A DNA stretch of 63,469 bases, filler included, from Guillardia theta CCMP2712 (Eukaryota; Protista; Cryptophyta), in NCBI RefSeq assembly GCF_000315625.1. It is 4 parts of 4 records of this genome, joined end to end, with 100 filler letters (N's around TTAATTAATTAA, not from the genome) between each part and the next. Parts side by side here need not be neighbours in the genome. Positions count along the whole stretch, not along the records: positions 1 to 16,832 come from NW_005434634.1; 3 more parts are not named here. The stretch is one strand, 5' to 3'. A program made the position numbers and the translations under genes. Positions 1-12,173 of the stretch are shown here, one piece after another. The notes beneath the pieces are model-generated. The model saw nothing but the letters and a program-made list of their open reading frames with translations, searched no databases and was not told the DNA's origin. The first letter of the stretch is position 1; every line of letters starts with the position of its first letter.

Positions 1-2646
1 ACCACCCTCCCTGAGTGGGAGGGGGAGGGGGTTGATGGCGTCAAGGAGTCAAAGGGAAGTCCAAACTGAGAAACTTCACTTCACCGGCTAGATTGTCTCG
101 CAGTCCTGCATGCGTCTTGCTCCCCACTGTTGCCTTGTACTCCTCGAATGCCTGAAGAGAATTGTGACAAGGCTGGAAAGAGGTGAGGAGGAGGAGGAGG
201 AGGAGGAGGAGGAGGAGGAGGAGGAGGAGGAGGAGGAGGAGGAGGAGGAGGAGGAGGAGGAGGAGGAGGAGGAGGAGGAGGAGGAGGCATTCACCTGATT
301 TTTATCGGGCTTTGCAGCACCAGGAGGAGCTTTCTTGACGACCTTCTTGGGGCTTTGATTCTCCGATGTCGCTCCCTGCTTGAGAGGAGAGCGCTGGAGT
401 TCTGCTGTCTGCTCGGCCGTTACAAAGCGAAGAGGTGGTGGAGAAGGAAGGGACAAAGGCAGGACAAGAGGAAGAAGACGCGGAGGGAGAGTGCGGAGAT
501 GGATTCAGGAGAAGGAGGAAGAGGAAGAAGGAAGATAGAAGATAGGCTGGAGGAGGAACCTTGACAGAGGTCTCTGGTACAGCTGCGTCAGGAGCGCGAC
601 CTATGCTGAAACCATCGCGATCTGCAAGTTGCCCGATGCCTGCCGTCTTGCTCGCTTCTTCTCCTCCTCCTTCCTCTCCCTCGTCTTGCTGCCCCTCCAC
701 GGCAGCTGCTGAAGCCCTGCCGTTGTTTGCGTCGAAGACAGCACTCTGAAAAGAGAATGAGAAGTAGCACCAGAGACGAGAGAGGAGGGGAGGGGAGGGG
801 AGGGGAGGGGAGGGGAAGAGAAGTAGAGGGCAGGGAGCTAAGACAGGAGACCTCACATTGTACAAATGTTTGAATTGCTGCAAGAGCTCGCGGACCTGCC
901 GCATGCTCTGGATCTGGATTTCTTCCATCTCTCCTCGGCAGTAAGCACGGATGGTCTGAGCAATCTCGTACTTCTGTTCCTCACTGTAAATAGGAGGAGG
1001 AGGAGGGGAAGGAGGAGGAGGAGGAGGAGGAGGAGGAGGAGGAGGAGGAGGAGGATGACACGCGTCAGATTGTTTCTCAGGAGGGGAAGTGGTCACCTGT
1101 ATGGATCGTATTGTACGTCTTTCCTGTCAGAGAGAGCATCGTGCATCGCCAGCTCCTGCTTGAGCTCGCGGATTTCCTGAAAGGCCGATGAGAAGAAGAA
1201 ATGAGTAGGATGCGAGGAGGGAGGAGAGGAGAGACGAAAAACAGGGAGGAGAGGAGGGAGGAACTTTCTGATCTTACTTGTTCGTATTTCTTCACCAGTA
1301 AGTTTGCATCCATCTTCACATTCACGATCGCTTCGTTCTGTAAAAACATCAACTGCCCCTGATGACTCGCAACCGATCTCCCACCAAACTCCTCTCCTCC
1401 TCTTCTACCTCGACCTTATCCTCCTCCGCCCTTCTCCTCCTCTACCCAGTCGTCCTTCCTCCCTCCCATCTCACCTTCACACGCATCATCCTCGTAGCAA
1501 AGTTGAGGGTAGAAATCGTCTCTTCGAGCTGCGAGCTCTCTCCCCAGATGTTTGCGATCATTGTTGTCCTGCAGTTCCCTCCCAACGAGTCCTTGAGCAC
1601 GTGCGTGAGTTTCGACTGCCGGAAGGGGACATGCTCCCGCCCCCGATCCGCCAGCGCGTTCACGCACTGCTCGAGGAAGGACAGAGACTTGTTGATGTAC
1701 ATGGCTTCTCTTAGGATCGCTCCTGTGCTCTGAGTCTTGCTCACCCTCTCTGAACCCGCCAGGTCCACCATGTTCAGCTTCGACACAAGGACGCGGTCTG
1801 CCGACTCCACCCTCGAGCGCGACTCGACGTGGACGGTGAGGATGCAGTGGGAGCGAGAGGAGGATGAGTTGAGTTGGTGCTCTGCGATCGCCCTGTTCGT
1901 CTCCCCCTCAAAGAACAAGTTCATGGCTTCCTCTTCCGTGTTGGCAGTCTCGACGGTCAACCCCTTGATGGTGATCCCTCCCTTGCTGTCCTCAATGACC
2001 TGCAGCTCGCTGTTCTCCTCCGCGATGACGCCGGCAGGAGCCAGGAGGTCGAACAGAGTCTCGTTGTAGATCTCCAGGTAGCTCATCCGGATGGTAAAGG
2101 ATTGATCAGGGCGCGCCGAGACCTCGCCGAAGACTTGCTGGATGGCGCGGGGGATGCAACCCCTCGCCTTATAGCTCTCTGTCCCTCCCGACATGGTGTA
2201 AGTCTTTCCTGCTCCTGTCTGGCCGTACGCGAGCATAGTGCCGTTGTATCCTTTGATCACTCCTTGAACAATCTACAGAGAAGCGTCAGAAGAGCAGCAG
2301 CAGCAGCAGCAGCAGTAGGATGAGGATGAGGATGAGGATGAGGATGAGGATGAGAAGGGGGATAAAGAAATGCAAGAGTACAAGCAATTAGGCGCATTTG
2401 CATATGCAGAGATCAACCTACCTCATCCATACACTCATGATAGACTGTCTCCTGACTGCTGTTATGCAGAAGACCGTCAAACTTGAAAGTATAGTTCTCT
2501 CGCATGTTGTTCACAACCCCCATCGCAGGATTCTTCTTCAGGTTCACTTCTATCGTTCTGCTCTCTGGCTTCACAATCAGCTGATCATGAGCAAACTGAG
2601 CTGTTGGTCTTGTTCGGACGCACACTCGGACGGAGGATTTCGTCAT
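1..2646 (-). CDS. KIF9: Kinesin-9 family motor (KIF9/KLP1-like), multi-exon, 3' end runs off the window
   Basis: Exon 1 MTKSSVRVCVRTRP...YTFKFDGLLHNSSQETVY; motor motifs GYNGTMLAYGQTGAGKTYTM (P-loop), NSSSSRSH, VDLAGSER, HVPFRQSKLTHVLKDSLGGNCRT; post-motor EIRELKQELAMHD and AFEEYKATVGS segments typical of kinesin-9. Confidence 0.9.
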
Positions 2647-3401
2647 TCTTTCTTCTTCCCGTCTCCCCCTTGTGCACTTTCCTCCTCACTAGCTTTTCTG
2701 TGCTTCGAGCCCTGTGGTAGGCAGTGGAGCGGTCAGGCTTCACTGATCTGGAAGCAAGTCAGTTAAGATGAGAAGTTTGATTTCAAGTTCGATATTCTTT
2801 GTGGAGTTCATCGTCTTTGTCGCTAGTTCCGTAAGGTCCAATGCGGAAATCCCTTCGTCAGCGTCTTTAGAACCTTAGTGTTTCAAATCACTATCTCACT
2901 ATCTCACTATCTCACTATCTCTCTGTCTCTCGCACTCCCTCCTTCTCGCCGGCCTCTGTCGAACCTTTCTTCTCTTGTTCCTGGTCATATCGGAACATTT
3001 CATGATAGATGCTTCCAGAATTTTCCATCCTTGACAATCTTTTCCCTCAGCCTTTTCATCACTTTACCATCGCTGTGTGAACAATCATCGTTCTCTCATC
3101 GTCTGTTCTCCTTCCCTCCCCTCGTTTCCCCCTCTTCTCTCGTCTCCTCTCCTCTGCTCTGCTCTGCTCTGCTCTGCTCTGCTCTCTTCACATGTTCACT
3201 TGCTCGTATCACGACAGCCGTTGATTATAAAAGTAACTGTCTTGTAACGGTGCTCGCGCACACCCTCATCCCCCTCCATCGCTCGACAGCAGCCTCCCTC
3301 AGTGACTCGGCGACCACGTGGCCACCGCCTGGTTGAGGCCCGGTTTGAGTGGAGATGAGGGCTCACATATTTTCAGTCAACAAGGTGTGCGAAGCGCCGC
3401 C

Positions 3402-4303
3402 ATGGAGCGGAGGGAGGAGGAGGAGGCCTACGAGCCGGAATCAAGGAGAATGTCGGGCCTTATGATGGCAGTTCTTGGAGGCATCATCATATCTGCCTTT
3501 GTTCTCCTCGTCTTGCTTCTTGTCTCTGAATCCTACATGACTATGCCGGCCAAATGCCTTCCCTTGGAGGACCCTAAGCTGGCAGAGAAAGTGGGAGACT
3601 CAACTCGACAATGTTTCGAAAAGGATACAAACTTACGGGTAGATCGAGACAAGCCTAGTGAAGAGAAAGATCAAGCATGTGATGAAATGACTCCAAACGA
3701 ATATCGAGCGTCCGTAAGAGTGCAAGTAATTACCGATAGAACGGGTTATGGGAAAACTGTCTTGGTTCCGGAGACTACGATATATGATTCAGGTTCAAAA
3801 CATCTCTTCAATGTATCGTTTATCTTTCCTGACACAAATGTTTGCTCGCAGCTTTTGAACGTTGGCACATCAACGGAACAAAGCAGATGGCGTGGGCGAT
3901 GACATATTGCCTTTGTCCTGGGTGCAATGGTATCCATCCAGGAGTTTGTGAAGAATGTACACCGAGGACGCCTGGATGTGATGTGGAGCCTCCTGAGTTC
4001 GACTGTTGGGTCCGCATCAGAAGGAGCGAAGCTGGATTCCCCATATTCAACATAGGAGTGACGAAAGTGCGCTTCGAGAAGTTCAGGGTTCGTTCTTTGC
4101 AGTTTATTTCGCCTGGTTCCTTAAAACTGACCTTTGACATACAGGCGGAGAGAAATGATGCTTTCTTGATTTCTCTCATCTTCTTCATAGTCTTGTTCGG
4201 GTTGCTTCTCATCGCGGGATTTTTCCTTGGTTTGCCGGCCAAGCTTTTTGGAAATTCTGACAAGAGCTACACCCCGCTAGAAGACCCTCCGCATGAGGCA
4301 TGA
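3402..4303 (+). CDS. Hypothetical two-TM membrane protein with Cys-rich loop (2 exons, intron ~3793-3851)
   Basis: ORFs 3318-3902 and 3842-4303 join through a GT..AG intron; hydrophobic segments near both ends; CLCPGC...CEEC...C...C cluster. Confidence 0.65.
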
Positions 4304-4450
4304 TTCAAGCATTCTTGTGCATGATTGTTCCTCTCCAGCCTCCTTACTCAACTATTCCTCTTCGCATGCACTAAGAGTGATATGAGAATCCATTCTTTAG
4401 CGAGTTCTGAGCCAACGCCCTCCTCCCTCTTCTGGAGCAAGGACCATCCT

Positions 4451-5052
4451 TTAAGCCAGTAACTGGTCCTTGAATCTATCTGCATCTACCACCTGATGAA
4501 AACCAATAAACAGAAGTATGAAGCTTGTTGTTCGCACCTCACACATCCACATGGCAAATCGATCGGGGTTTGCTGATAGATCAGCGATCTTGGTGCAGAT
4601 CACGTGGAGTCTTTGATCCGCGTCCTTGCTCAAAATACCTACAATTCAAATGTCACATTTGAAAGGTTTGCCCCTGCGATGAGCTTCCAAGGCACCTTGC
4701 GCCATCACGTACATTCCCTTGGCCAGTCGCCATGTATCTTTGTACTTGTCCTGTAAGGTCTCATGAGCATGTTCTTCGTTGCCGGACCCAAAGACAAGTT
4801 CTTACATAAACTTTGTACAACTCGGTACAATCAATTGAAACTACACCGGAACCATCATCAACCATGGCAGTTGTTTGTGTCTCAGTTTGCCGTAGGTCGA
4901 CTACATCCCCCTAGAGTTGCCAGTTAGTCTTCACATAACCTCTTTAACAAACGTCGTACTTGTATCCATACCCTTACATCTCTTCCCAGGTCCAACGAAC
5001 GCCTATGAGTTGATTCCAGCTGATCGACATGAAGCTTCACGCAAACGTCCAT
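4451..5052 (-). CDS. RMI2: RMI2-like OB-fold protein (RecQ-mediated genome instability 2), multi-exon
   Basis: Manual splice gives MDVCVKLHVDQL...VRVWIQ|GDVVDL...AMVDDGSGVVSID...AKGMYVMAQG...VICTKIADLSANPDRFAMWMCEV, matching the RMI2 pattern VWxQG/DDGxG/GxYVMxxG/KxxDLSxNP/MWxxEV. Confidence 0.8.
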
Positions 5053-5536
5053 TTTCCGTATAATTAATGAAGAGGTGGTAGAAGGGGGGTGGAGACAGTG
5101 GAAAATAAGAGGAGAAAGAGGAGAGCGACAGAACCGGGAGAGGAAAGAGAGAGGAAAGAGGGGGAAGGAAAGAGTAGATGGTAGAGGAAGAGGGATACAG
5201 TGGAAAGCGGATCAGGAATGCAAGGAGGGAGGGAGCGAGGGAGACGTTCTTTCAGATCTTCTTTGCGATCTCTTCCTCGTTCAAGTTGATCTCAGATAGC
5301 TACGTCTGTTTCTCTCATGGAGGAGGGCAGCTCCCCTTCATGCCGCCAAGTGGCAGCGCGCGGGTACGAGCACCATAGGGTTGGCGCCATTGGACTCTCG
5401 TCAGGTCGGGCTGATGTCGGGTTGATTTCTGGTGGGCATTGAGGGGATGAGGGCTCGTGGAGTTGGATGAGGGGAAGGGGTGGGTGAGGATGCTGAAAAG
5501 CAGGGGTGGGATCGATTCAAGCTATTTCCGGGAAAC

Positions 5537-7261
5537 ATGGCGCAGTCCGTGTGGCGGGGGATAGCGCTGATGGTGGTGGTAGGAGTGACGAATGCTCTGG
5601 GAGGAGGAGGAGGAGGAGGAGGAGGAGGAGGAGGAGGAGGAGGAGGAGGAGGAGGAGGAGGAATTCTGAGAGGAGGAAGAAGTGTTCATGGAGGAGCCAA
5701 AGGCGTCATGATGAAGAGCACTGCAGCAGTAAACAGAACCCGGGGATCGAGGAAGCAGAAGCGCGGCACGAGCATGCTCTTCGATGAAGCGTATCGTCCA
5801 CAAGACTCTCGTCACTTCAGCATACAGGCCAGCAGCACGTTCGTTCCTGAGACCTCTAAGAAGTTCCTCTTGACCTACGCCGACGGGACTGTCCTGAAAG
5901 GATTCCGAGGGTTGGATGTTGTGCAGCTGGGCAACTTCCATGCGCAAGCCCCGTTCGGAGTGATCACAGACTGCAACTCACCAGACTTCAACGGAGTGGA
6001 TGGCATTCTTGGTTTTGGTCTCCCAAAGGATGGCAGTGAAGGAGCCGACCTGCCTCGACCGGTTCTCTTCGCATTGACTGATCCGACGGCAAAGGATTCC
6101 AATGCTGGAAGCTTGCTCCGTAAATTCTCCTTCTTCTCCACCGACACGGCAGCAGAGCTCCAGCTGGGAGGTTATGACCCTGCATCGTGTTCAGAGGTGA
6201 TGCTCTACACTCCCTCCTTGTCCTCCTCGGACTTTGTGGTGGGAGTGACGTCGCTGTCCTACGGTACCCCAGGAGGAAGTGACCATATCGAGCTCTTGAA
6301 GTTCAAGAGTCCAACAGGAGGAGAATATCTTCCCGCCATCCTCGACTCGGGCACATCCTGTCTGGTTATCCCTGGAGACAACGTGTTCGGAACGCTGTCC
6401 AACAGCCCGTTCGATGACTTTGCGAACAACTGGAAGGAGAACACTTCCTTCTGGATCACCTTTGGAGGCAGGACGTTTGAGATCCCGTACAAGTCTTGGT
6501 TCTTGAGCAGCACACAGGAGACGTGCGTACAACCTTCACCGGACGGCATGGTTGGCATCTTAATTGGGGACGTGTTCTTCCGTCAGTACATCGTTGAGTT
6601 TGACATGCAAGACAATATCAGGCCGATCATCGGGGTAGCGAAACTGAACGCTCAGTACACACCTGTGAAGAGCAACGAGCTCGACTACTTCAAGCTGCAA
6701 CAGGCTCCACGTGCAAAGCTGCAGCTGCTCAAGGGTGAGGAGACTATGTATCCGGCGGAGCACAGTACCCGTCTCGAGGAGGTGGATCAGATTCCCATTG
6801 CCAACAACATGGGCACACAGTACTTTATGGATCTCTCCATCGGCACTCCCAAGCAGCCCTTCACCGTCATCTTCGACACGGGCTCTGCCGTCTTCGGCGT
6901 CTTCTCTTACAAGGACAAGCTGCCCGCGAACATCAAAGCCCAGCTGACGGCTCACCCCTACGTGAGCATGCGGATCGACCCGATGAACATTCTCATGCAG
7001 CGGCCAGGGGAGGTGAGAGACTCGAAGAAGCAGCAGGTGCAGGGGCAGGCGGTCTCGCTCGCCATGGCGGCGACTGAGATCAGGGGCGGGCCCGAGGGGA
7101 GGAGACATCATGCTCTGGCAGTAACCATGCTGCTGTGCATGATGTCGATGCTACTTGCGGTGGTACTGGCTTACAGGAAAGCAGCCCTGCAGCGAAGAAC
7201 AAGGATGGTCGTCGAGCTGCCTGTAGAGTATCGCGGCGTGAGCCGTGACGACGAAGTCTAG
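5537..7261 (+). CDS. Pepsin-family (A1) aspartic protease with signal peptide and C-terminal TM; motif order circularly permuted
   Basis: Single ORF containing ASSTF, flap YADG, DGILGFG, ELQLGGYD, AILDSGTS and LIGDVFFRQY, followed by TQYFMDLSIGTPKQPFTVIFDTGS; hydrophobic N- and C-terminal segments. Confidence 0.9.
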   Translation: MAQSVWRGIALMVVVGVTNALGGGGGGGGGGGGGGGGGGGGGILRGGRSVHGGAKGVMMKSTAAVNRTRGSRKQKRGTSMLFDEAYRPQDSRHFSIQASSTFVPETSKKFLLTYADGTVLKGFRGLDVVQLGNFHAQAPFGVITDCNSPDFNGVDGILGFGLPKDGSEGADLPRPVLFALTDPTAKDSNAGSLLRKFSFFSTDTAAELQLGGYDPASCSEVMLYTPSLSSSDFVVGVTSLSYGTPGGSDHIELLKFKSPTGGEYLPAILDSGTSCLVIPGDNVFGTLSNSPFDDFANNWKENTSFWITFGGRTFEIPYKSWFLSSTQETCVQPSPDGMVGILIGDVFFRQYIVEFDMQDNIRPIIGVAKLNAQYTPVKSNELDYFKLQQAPRAKLQLLKGEETMYPAEHSTRLEEVDQIPIANNMGTQYFMDLSIGTPKQPFTVIFDTGSAVFGVFSYKDKLPANIKAQLTAHPYVSMRIDPMNILMQRPGEVRDSKKQQVQGQAVSLAMAATEIRGGPEGRRHHALAVTMLLCMMSMLLAVVLAYRKAALQRRTRMVVELPVEYRGVSRDDEV

Positions 7262-7332
7262 AAGCCACCCGTCTCATTCTCTCCCCCTCTCTCCCTCTCT
7301 CCTTCTCATACTCTTACAAATTATTTGATTTC

Positions 7333-10300
7333 TTATTCTCTTCTGGGTTTGATAACAAAGCATTGAATCCCAAGAATTTCTGTAATCTCTCTTGTGACCT
7401 GTACGACTTGGTCATGCTCACATATCAAACAGAAAGTTTCACCCCAATGATGAAGTGAACGTAAGATATCATTGCTATTATGAAAATTCGTACAGGACGA
7501 CGTCTTCATGTGGTACAAGGACCTGACAGTCAAACATATTGTCACAGAGCTGAAGAATTCAGAGATGGGGGCGAAGAAGACAGCCAGCAACGGTAGAAAG
7601 AAGCATCACCGAATTCTCAACATTGGAAGGAGTCGGAACGAGAATATTCATTCCTCGATCAGCAAAGACTGACATATTGAAAGGCTGAAACAAGGGTTAG
7701 ATTTCACCCATGTAAATCGAGTCATAAAGTTCGAGACCCAGCACAGTTGCATGGCAGTACACTTAAAAGAGTGGGGGTGATCGGCTCTGAGATAGGGTAG
7801 GCGGATGTGGAGGCAACACAGGATACAAAGTTAGGATCATGATGATGATGAAGATTATGAAGATGATGAAGATGGTGGTGGTTGTGATGATGATGATGAT
7901 GATGATGTTGAGGAGGAGGAGGAGGAGGAGGAGGGGAGGAATGAGAACAGGGGATACCTTGAGAATGGAGGTTCCTATCAAATATTTCAAGGCTGGTATC
8001 TCGACCTGCAAGTCACTTCACTTTCACTGTCGCAGTCTCTCGAGAAAGTTCCTGATGCGCAAGATTGAACAACATGTGAGCACCAAGGAATGCGATGACG
8101 GAAATTGTCTTGCCCACTGCGAGAAAGTATCAAGAGAAGAGGGCGAATCGGCAGAGCATAATAAGGAGGAGTGGTAGGAAGAGATGGGGGAGAGGAGGAT
8201 TCCGAGTAAGAAAGGAGAGAAAAGTGAACCTGGATGATATTCTTCATCACAAACATGAGCCAACATGAGTTGAGTGACAAGCTGCAGATCAAGTCACTCG
8301 AACAGATGGAAGCAGGTGCAGCAATGGAGATAAGGAAAGAGCGGCACCATTGTCGTTCTTGTTCTTTCCCTCCATTCTCAATGACAGGGAGGAGGAAGAA
8401 TGGGAGAAGGGAGCAGGTGACAAGACAAAGAAGGCAGGAGAGTATCCAGATGATGAGCTGAGGGAGCAGAGGTGGAAGAGGAGGAGGAAGAGGAGGATCT
8501 GCAAGAAGTCTGGGAGTTACCTTGGAGAAGAGAAATCCAAGGGCCCATAATACAATACGAGGATGACGGAGCTAAAGGAGGAAGAGGATGAAAAGAAAAA
8601 GGCAGAAAAAGGCAGTTGATCGTAATCGTGAGCTCTGGTTCGCGCGAAGAAGTACGAACGTCACCATGATGTTTGTTGGAGACAACAGAACCCACGCAAG
8701 AGAGAGAAACACCTGTACCTGATTTAGTCCCCGCAACCGCAACCTCCACCTTTTCTGTTCTCTCACCACACAAAGGAAGGGCAACAGCCGTGTTAAGGCC
8801 ACCCGATATCTAAACTTTCCGTATCCTCCTTCGACCTGCGGGTAACATGAGGAGAAAAGGAGAGGAGCAGCAAGTGGAGGAGCAGGAAGCTGAGGAGAAT
8901 ATAGGAGCAAAATCTGATGTAACGAGAAGCAAGCTAGACGGAGAGCGACATCAAGATCGAGATTGAAATCGAGGTCAAAGATGACGAGAGAGTGGATATT
9001 GGTGTGATTAGAAACAAGAGGAGGAGCTCGTCACCTTGGCTTTGTTCTCTCGGACAGCAAGGAGCACGTGAAAGAAGTTCTGTCAAGTAAACAAAGTTAC
9101 CCTCTGAATCAACTTCAATGTCTGTCTCACTTGTGTGATTGTGAAGAAAGCGCACCCACAAGTGACAATAAAGAGAATCCAATTCCATGTGATGCCTGAA
9201 CAATGCAGCATGATCACAATATGGTGGGAGGTCAGGTCAAAACATCGAAGAGCTTCAATATCCCACGAAATAATTATTGATCAGACAAATTCTCCCGCTT
9301 TGACCTCCCATCCTCCTTCCAACCATTTTCTTTTCCATTAGTTTACATCCCCTGGTCACCTCATATCGCACAACACAATACATAATCGCAACCATGTCAC
9401 ATCGCCTCAAATTCTGCCATCTTTCACCGAAGATAGGACTTTGTTGTGTCCAGAACGACGCGCCAATGGCTGCAGTGATGAAATTGACTCCAGCTGCAAT
9501 CGCAAGCCCCTGCCCCATTCCGTCACTCCCAACCATTCTTGCTTCCTCTGTCCCTTCTCTTGTCAAGAACCATCCCCTCACCGCCTCCTCTCCGCTCTCC
9601 TCCCTCCCTCCCGTCTCCCCTCACCCTCTACTTCTCTTCTCCTCGATTACCTCATTGGGCCCATTAATGATCGCAAGTCTCAGCTCTCCTGTGTAGTATT
9701 CCTCCACAGTTGCGCTGTAGAACACCAGGACCGCTGCATTCCATGTTATTATCCTTTCCTCCCCTCCACAGACGCTCATGATCTTCTTATTCTTCACAAC
9801 CTAACCCTTTCCCCCTCTTGATCCTCCGATTTCTCCCTTGCACCCAACCCAAACTACAAATTGCTCCCACATTCTCGTCTTACCAACAAACCAGAACACA
9901 AAGGACGTCACGCCCGGGCCATACTGAACCACCGCACACCTGGCAAAGGTGAGCTGCATCGGGACTGATAAGGGGTGGAAGAAAGGACGCAGAAGGAAGA
10001 GGGCAAACATCAAGTTACAAACAACCGCAGAAATGAAAAGTGGCAGGAGTCAAGATAGTGGCAGAAGAACCAAGAGAGAAGATCAGGAGATGAAGGATTC
10101 AGCTCACATTGTGACTGACATCACAGTTGCATTGAGGGCATCACACCCGTGGTCGAAAAGCACTCCCAGAGCAGTTGCAGAGCCTGAAGAGAAACAGTGA
10201 GCCAACAAAGGGGAGGTTCAGATGAGATCTTAGCGTTCACGTTCTATCCTGCTACTGAAAGAATGTGGAAGGATCTTCTTCGGTGAGATTCATACCTGTT

Positions 10301-10867
10301 CTTCGCGCTTGTTTGCCATCCATCGCATCAAGAGCCTGCCATCTGATCGTCATGAAGCGCAACTCGATCTCACGCAGTTGACCTGATATGCCAAGATCGC
10401 AAACCCGTTCAGCATGTACGCCCACCAGGGCGCATGGCCTTCCAGAAGGGGACAATAGTAGTGAAAGATCCAATAGGTGACAAACCTACAGGACGTAGAA
10501 ATTCATCATGCACTCTTTGTCAGGGTATCACATATGAACATCATCTTCAACTCACGTGCAAAGAAGTCCCGACAGGGTGATCAGGTTAGGAGCAAGCCAT
10601 ACAGGAAAGTAGACGACGATGCGATTATACATAGGGTTGGTAATGTACTTGAGCATCAGAGATTTATCACTTCCCGCATATTTGTAAGCCTTTAAACCTA
10701 AAAGGCGGGAAGTGATGAACAAGCAAAAGATACTCAAACAAGAAAACATTCACTGCAAGGAAGAACACTCTTCCCTATCACCATTTCAAGATTTCTTTCT
10801 CACCATTTGCTCCTTCTTCCGAGACATATCCACCAAAGTATCTCGACCGACGAACTCCGGACGGCAT
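7333..10867 (-). CDS. CEPT1: Choline/ethanolamine phosphotransferase (CDP-alcohol phosphatidyltransferase, AAPT/CEPT), many exons
   Basis: GYVSEEGANG|LKAYKYAGSDKSL...PVWLAPNLITLSG; QALDAMDGKQARRTG; LGVLFDHGCDALN; LMLAHVCDEEY; C-terminal EITEILGIQCFVIK. Confidence 0.9.
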
Positions 10868-11510
10868 TTTCTTCTGTTTCGAAATCGATTCGGGTTCAAG
10901 GGTTTATGAAAGTAGCTTGAAATGTTCCATAACTTGACTTTGGTTCCTCAGCAATGAAGCCTGAGACATGCTGATTGTTACCATGAGCATTTAAATCCCC
11001 CGACCATCATGCTGTATTCAATTTCAATTTCTGTGCTATGTGTTCATCTGCTAAACATGCATTCAACCCCCTTCTCCAAAATCCTCATCCTCACACATGG
11101 ATTCCTTCTCCCAATGTCTTCACTTCCATTCTCAGGTTCCTCAGTCCTGCCTTGTCACTCTCCTCCTTCATCCCTTCTCTCCCTGCTCTCTCCTCTCCTC
11201 CTCCCTCTCCTCCTCTCTCCTCTCCTTTCTTCCCCTTCTCAGTTGCGTCTGCCCTTGCATTCGCACCTGCGAACATAACCGTTTAGTAACGACCGACCCT
11301 CATAAAGGAAAGGGACCGGTACCTTTATCTCTGTTTCCAAGCCTCACCCAGGGTAGGGTGGGCAGTTTCCTTAGGTGGACCCCTACCCTTGTCTAGTACA
11401 ACACCATGTACCACCGGTACCTACCCTCGGTGCGAAAATGAGAAGAGCATGGGAGAGGAGCAGGCGGGTAGAGGAGGAGGAGTGATAAGTCAGGGCAAGG
11501 GAAGCAGACA

Positions 11511-12023
11511 AGTGGATAGGAGATCAGTGGATAGGAGATCAGTGGATAGGAGATCAGTGGATATGAGATCAGTGGATAGGAGATCAGTGGATATGAGATC
11601 AGTGGATATGAGATCAGTGGATATGAGATCAGTGGATATGAGATCAGTGGATAGGAGATCAGTGGATATGAGATCAGTGGATATGAGATCAGTGGATAGG
11701 AGATCAGTGGATATGAGATCAGTGGATATGAGATCAGTGGATAGGAGATCAGTGGATAGGAGATCAGTGGATAGGAGATCAGTGGATATGAGATCAGTGG
11801 ATATGAGATCAGTGGATATGAGATCAGTGGATATGAGATCAGTGGATATGAGATCAGTGGATATGAGATCAGTGGATAGGAGATCAGTGGATATGAGATC
11901 AGTGGATAGGAGATCAGTGGATAGGAGATCAGTGGATAGGAGATCAGTGGATAGGAGATCAGTGGATAGGAGATCAGTGGATAGGAGATCAGTGGATAGA
12001 AGATCAGTGGATATGAGATCAGT
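11511..12023 (+). repeat. 15-bp minisatellite AGATCAGTGGAT(AGG/ATG), 33 full units plus partial ends
   Basis: Perfect head-to-tail units read directly; 17 end in ATG, 15 in AGG, 1 in AGA. Confidence 0.98.
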
Positions 12024-12173
12024 TCTGAGCCGAACCTGCCGTTGAGTTGTTGATCATCGAATCGGTGTCATGCGAGAGCGAAGCTTTGCCAAGGGTTCAA
12101 CGAAGAAATGAATGCTTCGATTTCAACAATGTTGTTGAAGTCTCCATGATGTAAATTAACATTATTTCAGGTC

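Noticed and set aside
81-456. Poly-P/E/S/G/R ORFs here and throughout the window
   Set aside because: They are translations of intronic (GGA)n microsatellites
11511-12023. CRISPR array
   Set aside because: Units are contiguous with no unique spacers, there are no cas genes, and the context is eukaryotic
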